DNA of 63,948 nt, filler included, from Phoronis australis (GCA_002633005.1; 11 parts of 11 records of this genome joined end to end with filler, not necessarily neighbours in it); one strand, 5' to 3'. Positions 23,290-36,417 are shown, counted from the first letter of the whole stretch. Program-made: numbers and translations. The notes: generated from the letters alone by a model not told the origin.

Positions 23290-24662
23290 CTGGAAGGTAA
23301 GCAGTCAGGTAAGACTTGAACCATACTCTCGGTAAAATGCCTCAGTTCCTATTTGTATTTTCTCTATGTCACACATAACATTATTGTATATAGCAATGAG
23401 TTGTATTCAAGTATATGCTATCATTATAGTGCTGTAGATACAAAATACAAGCAATTTTGCATATTGACCACTTTACAATTTCTCAAACTGTGTTTGTGTA
23501 ATAAAGTTCAGCGCTACAGTTGTTCTGGTTCTAGCACTCCCGACATTCAAATACATTGGATTTCACCTCACAGTCCGGTTGGGCCAGACCTATGCAAGTT
23601 TTACTGTTATCCAAAACAAAGCAGGTCATTTTGGGAATGAACGAACACTGTCACCAAATGTCCAAGAATTATTGAAGACCCAGTTGAAGTGTACGTTTAT
23701 TTGTTTGTATTGAAGGCCTCTGGCCCAAAGTACAATAAACAAAACAATTAATCAGGCACATTTGCACAAGCAGTCAGGGCTGTTCCAGTAAAATTAGTGT
23801 GGGAGGGGGGGGGGGGGGGNNNNNNNNNNNNNNNNNNNNNNNNNNNNNNNNNNNNNNNNNNNNNNNNNNNNNNNNNNNNNNNNNNNNNNNNNNNNNNNNN
23901 NNNNNNNNNNNNNNNNNNNNNNNNNNNNNNNNNNNNNNNNNNNNNNNNNNNNNNNNNNNNNNNNNNNNNNNNNNNNNNNNNNNNNNNNNNNNNNNNNNNN
24001 NNNNNNNNNNNNNNNNNNNNNNNNNNNNNNNNNNNNNNNNNNNNNNNNNNNNNNNNNNNNNNNNNNNNNNNNNNNNNNNNNNNNNNNNNNNNNNNNNNNN
24101 NNNNNNNNNNNNNNNNNNNNNNNNNNNNNNNNNNNNNNNNNNNNNNNNNNNNNNNNNNNNNNNNNNNNNNNNNNNNNNNNNNNNNNNNNNNNNNNNNNNN
24201 NNNNNNNNNNNNNNNNNNNNNNNNNNNNNNNNNNNNNNNNNNNNNNNNNNNNNNNNNNNNNNNNNNNNNNNNNNNNNNNNNNNNNNNNNNNNNNNNNNNN
24301 NNNNNNNNNNNNNNNNNNNNNNNNNNNNNNNNNNNNNNNNNNNNNNNNNNNNNNNNNNNNNNNNNNNNNNNNNNNNNNNNNNNNNNNNNNNNNNNNNNNN
24401 NNNNNNNNNNNNNNNNNNNNNNNNNNNNNNNNNNNNNNNNNNNNNNNNNNNNNNNNNNNNNNNNNNNNNNNNNNNNNNNNNNNNNNNNNNNNNNNNNNNN
24501 NNNNNNNNNNNNNNNNNNNNNNNNNNNNNNNNNNNNNNNNNNNNNNNNNNNNNNNNNNNNNNNNNNNNNNNNNNNNNNNNNNNNNNNNNNNNNNNNNNNN
24601 NNNNNNNNNNNNNNNNNNNNNNNNNNNNNNNNNNNNNNNNNNNNNNNNNNNNNNNNNNNNNN

Positions 24663-25790
24663 TGTATTTGTATTGAAGGCCTCTGGCCCAAAGTACAATA
24701 AACAAAACAATTAATCAGGCACATTTGCACAAGCAGTCAACCCATTTAAGAGTTGTTCTCGTCTTTTAAGGGCAAAATACACATATTTAACAGCAGATAT
24801 ATCTGGATTAGCGAGCAGGCGTATACAAGATTCTTGAGTTGGATGCCTCCATTGAAATTCCTTCATAAAACGTGACCTAAGTTCACAATATCCCTTGCAA
24901 ACCAACAGGAAATGGTACTCATCCTCTACAAGACCATCATTGCAAGCCATACATAATCTATTGTAATAATCCACTTTCTCGTGTCTACCCACTTCCACTT
25001 GTAGTCTGTGGTTGGAGCAACGTAAACGAGTAAACGCTTGAATAAGACTATTGTGTAGCGGTAACTTAAGATATGGTTCAAAGAATTTAAGTTTTGCATT
25101 ATGCTCAATTTCTGATCGCCAACCTTGCTCATAACAGTCATTAACTCTTTGCGCGAAGAAACTTAAAAACGAGACTTGGCACGTGGCACCTTGATTCAAC
25201 CAAATTTGATAAAAACCGTATTTTGATAGCAATTGTCTAACAGAAGATACCCAAGTATTTCTTNGTCTTAAAGTTAGAGTAGAATTTAAGTTTTGCATTA
25301 TGCTCAATTTCTGATCGCCAACCTTGCTCATAACAGTCATAAACTCTTTGCGCGAAGAAACTTAAAAACGAGACTTCGCACGTGACACCTTGATTCAACC
25401 AAGTTTGATAAAAACCGTATTTTGATAGCAATTGTCTAACAGAAGATACCCAAGTATTTCTTCCATTCCTATCTAAATCAACTAACATGTCATAAGCCGC
25501 TTTAGCGTATCTAGTAGGTTGCATTTTCAATAACTTTAGCCAATATTTTACACACGTGACATAATACTTTGCATAGAGCGGATAAATTCCACATTCACCC
25601 AATACAGCTGCGTTTGAGCAAGAGTTTCCAACTCCAAGAGCAATTTTACAGAATTTAACATAAACATTTTCAAGCCATTTGTATTCTTTGAATCCCCAGA
25701 TTTCCGCGCCGTAGCACATAGTTGGTACAGCAATTTTATCAAACAGTTCAAGTCATAGGCTCAATGGTAATTCCGTGCACCGGTTTCTAA
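24663..25790 (-). mobile_element. 3' part of an RTE-X/CR1-group LINE (C-terminal ORF2 with CCHC finger, 3' UTR and tail)
   Basis: YGAEIWG..K.ALGV..AVLGE.G.YPL..KYW.KL and LRCSNHRLQVEVGR..RLC..C..VEDEYHFLLVC..Y.ELR; AATACAAATACA-type tail. The last ~80 bp recur at 23694-23776. Confidence 0.88.
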
Positions 25791-25796
25791 TTTTAA

Positions 25797-26460
25797 CCCT
25801 TATCCTGCGCTAGGCGAGGTCAGCCGACAAGCCTATTATCCTATTAAAATGCGTCGAGTGTACTCAATCGCCTAAAATAAGCTATGGCTAGGCTGCGCAA
25901 GGAGAGTGTACTCACCCCAGGACACTGGTGTTTTTCATTCAGAAATTGTGAAAGCCCCGTATGCTGTTTATAAATGTGAGTATGCGCATTCCACAGTTCA
26001 TAGTTTCCTGTACACTTTTCTGATTTACAACATACGGCTGTGATTATCTGTTTCCGAGATATTTGAAAGTTTACGCAAGTTTTATCTTGGCTGGTGCCAA
26101 ACGTGGTAAGGTGACTGCTGACTAGTGTTCTTGAGGAAGTGTTCATGGACTCAGATAGTGAAAACGAGCTGGAATTGGCACTCAAAAGTGACGGTGACAT
26201 TGACGGGAAAACTAACACAACAGTCACAAGTAATGCAGATTCTTTCGGATCTCAGTGCAATTTTTGGATGATTTACCGGTCCCTGAAGCTGAACTTGGAA
26301 TGTCCTACGACGATGCTTGGCTCACGCCCTTCAGGTATAATACAGGGCTTCTGAAACATGATGGAACTCATTCAGAATTAGAAATTTTTGTGACTTTTGC
26401 ACAGAATAGCTTTGTGTCCCCACCCGTGTTTCAAGTTTTTGCACACCAAGGTGAACTTCA
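25797..26460 (+). mobile_element. 5' end of a piggyBac element with a transposase N-terminal remnant
   Basis: TTAA|CCCTTATCCTGC terminus; acidic MDSDSENELE.. then, frameshifted, PFRYNTG..SELEIFVTF; shares its left end with 43502-44254. Confidence 0.7.
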
Positions 26461-26727
26461 NNNNNNNNNNNNNNNNNNNNNNNNNNNNNNNNNNNNNNNN
26501 NNNNTTAATTAATTAANNNNNNNNNNNNNNNNNNNNNNNNNNNNNNNNNNNNNNNNNNNNGTGCAGGTAGACCTCGAAAAATGTCATACTGAAAGCTAGC
26601 TAGTTACATATTAGCAGCTAGCAAGTCACATATATTATTATTTACATGGGCTGGAAGTAAATAATTATCAATTTGTACGAAGTACAATAAACAATTCCCT
26701 ATTGTCGTATTTGGTACATTGTTGTAG

Positions 26728-26864
26728 TCCGAGTTTGAAGAGGTAGTCAGTCAACTGCACGAGGCTAATGAGAGTCAACAGTCTCTTCAGAAGCAAGTTG
26801 AATCTCTGCAATATGAGCGTGACATACTGCTGGATGAGCTCAACAGAACTGGCAACACACCACG
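26728..26864 (+). CDS. Exon of an unidentified coiled-coil protein SEFEEVVSQLHEANESQQSLQKQVESLQYERDILLDELNRTGNTP
   Basis: ttgtag acceptor, gtaagg donor, open frame with a heptad pattern. Confidence 0.7.
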
Positions 26865-29155
26865 GTAAGGAGCTTTATAGGTATTACCTGTGTCCAGATC
26901 ATTACTCTTGTCACTCTGTGCTGCCTCCTTTCTCACTGAATTCTCGTTTCTTGCACCTAAGTTTTAGTGAAGCAATAGTGACTGGCCTCCTGGGCAAAAG
27001 TGTGTAAAATATACAATATTCGTTTGTGTGATGTGATGCTGACTAAGATATAGCCGCAATTCTCGCCTTGACTTTCATGTGACTGCAGACATAGTGAATT
27101 CTGCTGTAATTGTTGTATTTCATTGCACATTTCTTTGCATTGAGATCTGTGTAATATTTGCATAGTAAAATGAAGGGTTGTTGATACTGGATGTTAAGAC
27201 AATGTATGTGCAATTTTATTACTTTGTTTTATTGCATATATACTTTCTAGGTTTGCTGGCAGTTTGTAGATCTGAGGGTACTAAGTGTCCTAGTTTGTAA
27301 TCATCTGGTGGCTAATCTTGCTACATCATCCTTTTAACATGCTGTGAATACAACTCAAAACAGTGTCTTACCTCATGTTTTTGTATTCTTTTGTGATAAC
27401 CAGAGCTATTAACTTACCAAACAAATGGAAAAGAAGTAATAAGGAAACTCAACAGTTTAAGTAATAATAATAATAATAATTCTTATTCATGCTGCATTTC
27501 TTACTCATGCTAATTCATGTTAATTATTAATTACATTGCGAAGATCAATATCAATCTCCCACCATTCAAGAATTGTCTTTGTTTATTATCACTATATCTG
27601 GTTGAGAAACATCTCATTTTTTCTTTTAATAATTACGCCTAGAGCTTAACACTCTACATTAAGTAGCTGAATTCTAAAGAATCTTTGTCTCAAAAGTCAA
27701 AACAAAATTACTCTCAATTTCCCCTTCAACCTATCAATTACTTGCTGATTATGTATCTTGTAAAGGCTGAGAGTGCTCGCTAGTTTCTGTGTCACAGCAC
27801 ATCTTAAGTGAAATGATTTCCTTCAACTATTGTCAGTGACCGGAGTCAAGCTAGTTTTGTTGTCATAACGGCGAGTGTGCTTACTTGAGAATGGCCGTTT
27901 GATAGTCTGATCATCTTGGTAATGTGGGCACTGCCTGTCTCTTCTTAAATTGTATTTGTTATTTTCTTGTTTTTTTTATTTTTTATGGTTGTCTTCCTTG
28001 TGTGTTTTAAAGAGACTTGAACTTTTGGCCAAGCATATAATGTCAAAGTTCTATTGACGAGCCGATAATAGGATTGTAAAACACTTTTTTTAAGTTGATC
28101 TCTGCCTTTGTTCCATCATGGCAATAATGCACAGACAAGATAACAAAAAGTGCCACATTTTATTGCTATTAAAGTCGTGTAAACCGTGCAATGGTGTAAA
28201 TGACATCAACTTCCATCCCGAACATTTGACCTTCGAAGGTGGCATCATTGTGTTCTTCTTTTTTGGTTTAGTTGAAATTATCTACAAAAATCACATGGAA
28301 TTCTTCTGATGGGTACGTATACTGCCTTGAATATGGAAACTAACCTGCACCATGCCAAGCATCTTAAATGGATGCAGTTTGAAGCAATGACCTGTCATTT
28401 GAAGTGTGTTTACTGTATATACTTTGAAGCCATTGGCCCATAGTACAACAAAAATGCAAAAACACATTAAAGTCACAAGAAACACACACACAAGTGAACA
28501 TAACCAGTTACATATCCATCAGAGGAGCAAAATAAGAAATAGTAATATTTCAAAGATTAGAGAAAGTTACAGTTTTCTCTCTTACTGCAAAAGCATATTA
28601 AACAAATTTAACTAATTTAACTTGTACATTCTCATCACAGCTTGTTCTTTTTTAAAAGTTCTTTGCAAGTATAGACATCACTTCTAATATGAGAAGGCAC
28701 TCAGATGAGGCCGTTTTCATAACAAGAATTGCCCTAAATCAAAAATTGTTTTCGATAGAAGGTGAGGGTTTATTGTTTCATATTGAGTGTACGTCTGCCA
28801 TCATATGATGATGATTAACAAATCTGATGCAGGAAAATGTTGTGTAAGATCATGAGTATAACAATACATTGTTATTTGGTTGACGTGTATTTAGTGGAAT
28901 CTGAACCCCGGTATGTCATAGTAGGAAGACACAACGTGTTGTGATGCGACTACTATAATGTCAGACATTTCTTTGAAAAACGTTCAAGAATCTACATGAC
29001 ATTTGAGTCTTTACTGTAGCTGTTAAGTACATTTTTAGACATTCTCGTCATCCTCTTAAAGGGTACGGTAAAGCTCATCTTTTGGGTGTTATTATACAAG
29101 CAACTGGTTTATTGGCCAAGAGACTAGTATTGATGTTAAAAATAACCAGTGATGC

Positions 29156-29667
29156 ATTTTTATGCGCCCACATATTTGTATGTGGACGCATTATGCCATC
29201 ATCTTCGCCGGTCCGTCCGTCCTGCGTCCGCTGCTCTATCTCCAAAACCCTTAGACTTACATTCATGATATTTTGCACATGTGTTCCGTTGATAAATGGG
29301 ACGGCATGAGCGACATTTCGGATGTACCTGACTACCGTTGTGTCCTCTATTGGCAATTTTAGTTTTTTGCGTTTACCTCTGTATCTTCAAAGGTCTTCAA
29401 CATGTTTTCATAAAATTTGCATATAGGCATCTGTTAGTGAGATGACGTTATCCTCCCATTTTCGGATGAACTCGATTCAGTTTGTGCCACCTAGTGGCCA
29501 TTTTTACTTTTCAAGTCTGCTTTTTGGTGTCCACCCCTCTATCAACCAAACTGCTCTAAGGATGATTGTGAAAATTGGCATGTATGTTCTTACTACAAAG
29601 AGGACGGCTGACGATGATTTCCCAATGACTTCTACTACTGTGGCATCTCCTTGCGGCAGTTTTTTTT
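29156..29667 (+). mobile_element. Helentron-type non-autonomous element (HINE/DINE-like), 5' part
   Basis: TTTTTATGCGCCCACATA..TATGTGGACGCAT hairpin followed by GTCC repeats; homologous to the copies at 39241 and 61868. Confidence 0.75.
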
Positions 29668-30828
29668 NNNNNNNNNNNNNNNNNNNNNNNNNNNNNNNNN
29701 NNNNNNNNNNNTTAATTAATTAANNNNNNNNNNNNNNNNNNNNNNNNNNNNNNNNNNNNNNNNNNNNTGTGTCTAGAGATTTGACCGAGCGTTTTCTAGA
29801 TTATCACAGCTATTTAAAAACGTCCCGTTCAGCTCTCACTTGTTGAAATAGCCCGGAATAACAGTCCTAGTTAGGAGGCAGACTGTTAGAGGATTGGTTT
29901 TAATAATGTTTTCATGTTTATAAAGGGGTGCACGAAAGTATTACATTATTGTTTGAATCAAACCTGAGTAGCGTATAATGGTTGAAGGAAATCGAAGAAA
30001 TGTTTGGTTGGCTTAAACCATTTAATCAGCCTTCAAAGTCAAATTAATGAGACTGCCAATAGTCTTTAACCGAAAAAAAACAAACCATGTAAACGTAGTA
30101 CATCTACTCGTACGTTTCTCCAGCCGAATAACTGATAATATTTGAAAGAATGAAAGGGGTGTCCCTATATTCGGAACATCTCTTTAAAGCATGGTTTTAC
30201 TCAAATGGTTCGCGATAGCCAATAGGCGCACAGGCCTAAATATGGACATAGGAGTAGCTTCGAAAATAGGTACATGTATACACACTCGAGTAACATTTGA
30301 AAATTATCCAAACGGTGAGACGCTATTTGTCAATTTTCGAATTGAGCCTCAAGTAAATTTTGGTAGTCATGTGCCCACAGACAGGTGATGAATAATTCCA
30401 GTGTCACTTCGATGACACGTTTTTCGATTTTACGTAGGAATTGAATTGACGCCTGATATAATATTTCATTGTTTCTTTTCCTGCAACTGTATTGTAGCAA
30501 AATGTTCTCCGTTTTGTTAGATGTTTCCTACCACGTGACTGAGGGGAATGGATCCTTTGATGATGTCGCATTAATTTACGTTCTTCTGAGTGCAGCTAGA
30601 CTACTTGTTAATTAAAAACACATCAAACGTCGCTCTTTGACTTACACTAAGACACTTTCTCAATCGCAATCCTGCTCAAGAAAACGAAATCGTGGTGAAT
30701 ACTGTTTCAAAAGAACAATGACCTCGGGGGGAATTCAGCGTTATGCGAACGGTTATTTTGGAAGAGAGTACCTGTATTTGACGCATACCTTTGAATCCCC
30801 CCCCTTCATTCAGATACGTGGCACAGTC

Positions 30829-30836
30829 TATAAATA
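30829..30836 (+). promoter_or_regulatory. TATA box of the secreted-peptide gene
   Basis: TATAAATA 60 bp upstream of ACCATG (ATG at 30889). Confidence 0.6.
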
Positions 30837-30888
30837 CAAGGCATGGTCATGTTTTGCCACTACTGGTGAACATCGAAATAGTGTTACC

Positions 30889-30949
30889 ATGAGGACAGTG
30901 TGCGCTCTGATTCTCCTTGTCCTTGCAGTTGCAATCCACGCAAAACCAG
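30889..30949 (+). CDS. Signal-peptide exon MRTVCALILLVLAVAIHAKP of a small secreted protein
   Basis: Good Kozak context; basic N-region, hydrophobic core, IHA|KP cleavage site; phase-1 donor G|gtaacg. Confidence 0.8.
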
Positions 30950-31116
30950 GTAACGAAACTTCGAGAAAGACATTGATTTTTTTGATATTTATTTCATCAT
31001 TTTAAATCGTCATTTTCAATTTAATTGCACATATTTTGTATTTGTGGAACCAATATGATGACATGGACAACTTGTGAGTGTAAGGTTTAAACTTACTGAC
31101 AGTTTTGTTCGACTAG

Positions 31117-31201
31117 AGCGGCCGGTTTTTTGTGGTCGGAGTCCTAGTGGGTAAGGACGACGACGACGCTGATATGGATGAGGAAGACGGAGACTACCTT
31201 G
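31117..31201 (+). CDS. Exon 2 region of the secreted protein (either 31117-31150 or 31148-31201)
   Basis: Option B: CTGAC branch point, gactag acceptor, gtaagg donor, encodes ERPVFCGRSPSG. Option A: cctag acceptor, weak gtgata donor, encodes VGKDDDDADMDEEDGDYL. Confidence 0.55.
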
Positions 31202-32046
31202 GTGATACAGGAAACGGTGATAAAACGATGATTGCAATCATTGTTAGTACCACAGTCACCGTCGTAGTTTTTTGTCATTACAAAGCTCATGATAAAATTA
31301 AAGTATTGCTTCACATTATTACAGAAAATATCATTGAAGTCATTAACAACACGTCGCCCGTCAAAAATAACATTAATTTGGTTTATATAACTTTTTGCTT
31401 ATTGTTAAAACTGGTCACAACCTTTTCCTTATACTACTGAGATGAGAAGTGAATCCCGGACTTCGGAAGATCTGGCAGGTCGCTATTGCTATCGCTATTG
31501 ACTTTCCTCGCTGCATGAAGTGACCCACCGTGTCAACTTATTGATCTTGGTCTGAAGAAAATAACGAACCATGTCGGATCACTAAAAGTATCTCAATAAA
31601 GAGAAATCTGACACTGAAGATACTCGCTGGGGTGTATCGTCGATGTTACAAGGAAACATCGAAGTCTTCAGGCATAACATACTGTATCAGCAAAGTCAGT
31701 GGCAAATTTACGTTTTCAGAAGGGGGGATTAGGATTCGCGCGAATCCGAAGCGCGTAGCACCGAGCGGGGGCAGGTCGGGAGGGTGTTTCCCCCCTCCAG
31801 TGAAAGATTTTTTGTTGTAGCTGATTTCGTTTTCCTGGCTACATTTTTTAAAAAGTTTTATTTTTGATCCTGTCGTGGCGGGGTTAAACCCCCTGAACCC
31901 CCCGTAGATCCGCCTCTGAAAGTGAAGAAGGGAATATAATTAATAATATCAGCGAATAAGGGAAACATAATTATAACTGACTGTTTCAAAATAGAGTGAC
32001 ATGTCTTAAAATTAATTCTGACTTTTTCTTTATACTGCTTCACAAG

Positions 32047-32064
32047 GTGCTCCCAGGACAAGAG
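32047..32064 (+). CDS. Candidate 18-nt microexon of the secreted protein
   Basis: Pyrimidine tract ..cttcacaag|GTGCTCCCAGGACAAGAG|gtaaga; open in all three frames. Confidence 0.55.
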
Positions 32065-32745
32065 GTAAGAAGTAATTATTTTTCTCTCTGTACATCGATG
32101 CTTTTCTAAATATATCAGAGTTACTGCGGTATATGTAGAAAATTGGTCATAAGTAAATCATGTTTTCTACCCGAAAGGTCTCGCTATCGCTAAATGTTGT
32201 CAATTAAGTGCAATTCACGGGAGAAACAAACTCTAACCAGCCACTGGCAGGAAGGGAGTGTGCACGGTGGGCCAGATAATGTTACTTTTGAAACTTCATT
32301 TACCTCTAGAGATAAAGTGATACTCATTTGGGGGCAAATTTTGCCTTTTTGCAGTTTGGAAAGGGTGATGAGTTTGCGCCACATTACTAGCCGGTCTCGA
32401 CGAATGATTCCAATCCTTTCGTTGGACTAAATGGTGATTTTTGTAAGGCAACCAAGAGTCACGAACAAATTGCTTCTACGACAAACCCCTTCCTCCACTG
32501 TGTATAGAAAATTGGAACGTATGGCAGCAATCGTTAATAAGTAATAGTCAAGCTTCTGACTTTTAAGTTATGAAGCCATATATTTCTAAAATTCTTGATG
32601 ATCACAAAAGCATATTGTGAGTAAGAAAACAACTCACGAACGTTTGTAGTCACGTGATCGTTTATTATCCCCATTTACACCGAGATCATCTTACACGAAA
32701 CTTGCAATTTTGCTTTGGTTGATTCCCAATCTTTATCACCCACAG

Positions 32746-32816
32746 GGACCGTCCTACTACCGAAGTACGGACCTTCCCTGGATGGGTGGAACGGACCTAA
32801 ACATGCGAAGGGCTAG
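32746..32816 (+). CDS. Candidate last coding exon of the secreted protein
   Basis: cccacag acceptor followed by a GC-richer block; stop at 32800 (model B) or 32816 (model A). Confidence 0.45.
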
Positions 32817-32983
32817 AAATAAGGACAGACGTTCATATAAGTGAGACGGACTCGAAAAATGGGAAGGGAAGACATAAAATTAAATGGACAAACAAGAAAT
32901 GTCCGGGAAATGACGTGCTTGTGTTGAAAAACATTATATTTTCACTAAAAGACGCGTCGTTCAACAAGCTTTCCTTGATATCA

Positions 32984-33138
32984 CATGCACGCACCCAGAG
33001 AGACAAAAACCCATAGGAAGAGGTCTGAACGTAGTACCCCGTTTTTGTCTTTTATTTACACCCCGTTTTTTTCTTCAGTAAGAGGTCCACATACTGAAAA
33101 ATTCGAGCCCGCTATATTTTAGACTGGGTGCGCGCATG
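32984..33138. mobile_element. Short MITE
   Basis: TIR CATGCACGCACCCAG / CTGGGTGCGCGCATG; a related right end lies at ~20950-21060. Confidence 0.65.
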
Positions 33139-33295
33139 TTTCAGATAACGTCAACAATGCTGGGTTTTGTCAGATCATATACATTTTGTCCCCACAATAC
33201 CCACAATATACGTCCACTCGAAAAATTAAAAATAAAGCGGCTAAAAATTTAAGTTCTGTCTACCAATAAGGAAACCTACTGATTTAAACCATTAA

Positions 33296-34263
33296 AGGAG
33301 AATGCCACCCGATTTAATTAGTCTTTTTTACCGTCTTAATCGATCTATATCCACATCACCTCTTATACGGTCGACCTCGCTTTGCCGAGAGGTTCCGCGT
33401 TAACCTGTGAAGAAAGTGACAAACGGCACAGCGACGTCAATGGTTCGTTTGCTGAGTGAATGCCGCTATATTGCGGTGCATCGTTTCCGCTTGACCGAAC
33501 TATGAAGCTGCGAAGAAAGCGGGTATGTCATTTTTTTCGACTTCCTCGAGAGCCTGAAATGATTCGGAACTGGTAGTGAAGAATGAAAGGCACGCTGTTA
33601 GTTAGAAGTATGAGGCCGTGAAACATATCCGTGTCCGTGGCCGCATTTCGTCGACAGTGATTTCTCTGACGAATTCGGCTTACCAAAGAACTATACATAC
33701 GTGCCGTTGCCTGTGCATGTTCACGGCGCCTCTCTAGTGTTTCTTGATCGGTTTATTCCGGTTCAAACTGATAGCCTGTGAAACCAGCGATCCGACCCGT
33801 GAAGTCTTTGTCTGATGAGCTCTTGACTAAGTCGGGATTGGCACCGGGTGAGTTGCCATGTAGACGTTTATTATTCTGCGTTCTGTTTCAAAATGAACTA
33901 GTCTTATCCTAACCAATGCTTATATGAAACTGAAACAAAGTCTGTCTCATTAGATATAATTTGTTATGCCTTTGCAGTATTCGTGAGCGCAAATGTTGAG
34001 AAGTCAGCAATGAATAAACCACTGTGTTACCGGCTTTTGATACCGGCAACAAAAGTAATTGACGGGGCACCGAGGCCGTGTGAGCGCATGCTAATTCAGA
34101 GTTTGATGACAGAAAGCTGTTGTGAAACAATTACTCGATTTTATATGCTATGGTCACATGTTAGGGGAATCCTTATTTAGAAATACAAATACACAATTCA
34201 AATCATCGTTACTGTAAAACCTTTGCCCTAACGGTCTATGGAAAGGGAACCCGACTTCGCGGC
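33296..34263 (+). mobile_element. Second copy of Kolobok family B, truncated by the contig end
   Basis: TTAA|AGGAGAATGCCACCC; colinear with 19936-~20830, including the THAP/KolX junction. Confidence 0.82.
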
Positions 34264-34883
34264 NNNNNNNNNNNNNNNNNNNNNNNNNNNNNNNNNNNNN
34301 NNNNNNNTTAATTAATTAANNNNNNNNNNNNNNNNNNNNNNNNNNNNNNNNNNNNNNNNNNNNTTGGAGTGAATATTTGTACGTTTACTCAAAACATGCA
34401 ATGCAATTGGTCACTTTTTAGTTAGATTTCAAGTACATACGTTAGGCTCTGGGTGTAGGAGTGCCAATCCAAAATCACTACATTTTATAATTTCCTCCAT
34501 TTTTTCAAAAATAGTTATAGTAAACTAGGGTATCAATAGGCACTTACCAGTGTGATGTATAGACCTGAGCTTTCTCTGGCATGTGACTTAAGAAATGGTT
34601 GTCAACCTGTGTTATGCAATCATTGGGTCAATATGATCTACTTCAGGGTAACATAAAATATGATTGAAGCAATTCATTAAGGCTAAAATAATTCCTGTGC
34701 GTGCTGTTCTTAAGAATGTGTTTATGATGAGTGATGGCATGATGTCATTATTATTTGATAAATAACTTCTATGTAAGCACCCTACAGATTAATTAATGAA
34801 GAATATGGGCTTCATGAGTAAAATTTTGTATGAATTTTTTACTCTTGTTGAAATTTGTCATGACTCTTTTGTCTCTACATTAG

Positions 34884-35128
34884 TTAACGGTCGCAGTGAC
34901 CTGCCACCGCGGTTTCAAAAGAAGTCGAACCATCCTAAGGGAGACAGTGGTGATAAGATGGGCCCTGGTGATGAGATCAGCCTTCGACCAGCCATGAAGT
35001 TCACACCTATGTTCAAACCTGGAACTCCCAACATGCTACCCAAGTCAGCACAGGCCCCACCTGGATCCGGCCCCCTTGGGATGGGTCACATGTTGGATCC
35101 GTCGATGAACCCACTTCTTCAGAAACAG
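34884..35128 (+). CDS. EIF4G2: eIF4G2/DAP5/NAT1 exon (DLPPRF..DEISLRPA)
   Basis: Matches DAP5 DMPPRF..DEISLRPA; cattag acceptor, gttagc donor. Confidence 0.9.
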
Positions 35129-35917
35129 GTTAGCACTTTGGATCCAAGTTGTAAATTAACTTATATTTTGGTACAAGTACCAGCTGGTATGGTAAACCAG
35201 CAAAGCCTATAAAGTGATAGGTTACATCCATGCACGGAAACTGGTGTAAAGTTAAAAACTTGATAATTTGGTATAAGGGAAAATTCATGGAAACTTATGG
35301 AGAATGAAAACATAAGAGTGGAAGCCATGTCAAGGAGATGAGCGGACCCTGAAATAGCAATATTACGGCAACCAGGTCCTTTTGTTAGAGACACCTTGTG
35401 TAGGGTTTCCCTAAATGAACGACGGACAAAACGAAGGCTTTGTAAGAAACGAGACATGGTTCCTTTCAGTGCGTTTTTGTCATATTTCCGAAATATTCTT
35501 TAAAACTTATGGTACGTTTGGTGCCTTAAACTCTCTTAACTTCACATTTTGGTCTTCATTCGATGTCGCTGCCACCTTTTTTCATTTATTTGCCCCTTAT
35601 GTCTGAAGGTATGCCCAGATTTATGTTTGAAGTATGGTATATTCTCCACGTATTTTGCACATTTTCCAAAGGTCGATTACTTTGCTTCAAATAATGGAAA
35701 CTTTACCAAATGTTGTTCTGTGACATCTACACTGTGCGAACCATGCTAGTAATAGATATTATTTCTCTTGTTGAGCTGTTTGACGAAAATAGCATTTCAC
35801 TGGTCAGCCATGTTGTTTGCTATATAAGAGAAGAATTACTATGAGGGTAAAAATGGTGCCATTTTCCAAATATACAGAAAGGCTTGGTACAATGTTTGTT
35901 TTCCTTCGACCACTCAG

Positions 35918-36093
35918 CAACCAATCACTATCAAGCAAGTACCTGCCCCGGACAAGGTCAAGAAGGAAGTGAAGAAGGCGCCCTCTAGGGAAGAGCTGAG
36001 AGAGCTGACTGCAACGCTTCTAACAGAGTTCCTCACGTCGCATAATCTAAGCGAGACTGTGAAGAGAGTCAGGGAGTTGAATGCACCCAAGAA
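35918..36093 (+). CDS. EIF4G2: eIF4G2 exon (start of MA3 domain: PSREEL..TEFL..VRELNAPK)
   Basis: Matches DAP5 PSKEEL..TEYL..VREMRAPK; ctcag acceptor, gtgagt donor. Confidence 0.92.
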
Positions 36094-36417
36094 GTGAGTA
36101 GATACTGTTAATGAAGGACTAAAATATGAATAATTATATTGACATTGACTTGGTGTAATTGGTCGAGACTGACAATGTACACGGTGAGTGTACACGTGAC
36201 TCCGCGATACTTCTTTTAATCACATAAGTCCATTTTATGCTGTAATTTATTTCTGTTAAGTTAGTTGTAAGGTTTTGTTTCTATTCGCATTATCAATAAT
36301 TTGCTTTTGATGTGATAATTACCTGTTAAGAACCTGCCTCTTTTCTCACTGACAAAATCATAAACCACAGGTGTGTCCAAGCATGTACATCTCACTTGTT
36401 TCCGTTTTTATGTTCAG

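Noticed and set aside
23748-24730. 300-320 aa ORFs in the track
   Set aside because: They consist almost entirely of an N gap.
25082-25463. ~180-bp tandem duplication in the LINE, and the LINE tail duplicated across the 23820 gap
   Set aside because: Both abut N characters, so unmerged overlaps or haplotypes are the likeliest cause.
28118-28309. GVNDINFHPEHLTF resembling a BUB3/RAE1 WD40 motif
   Set aside because: Short similarity with no following ATxGSDG motif and no convincing splice sites.
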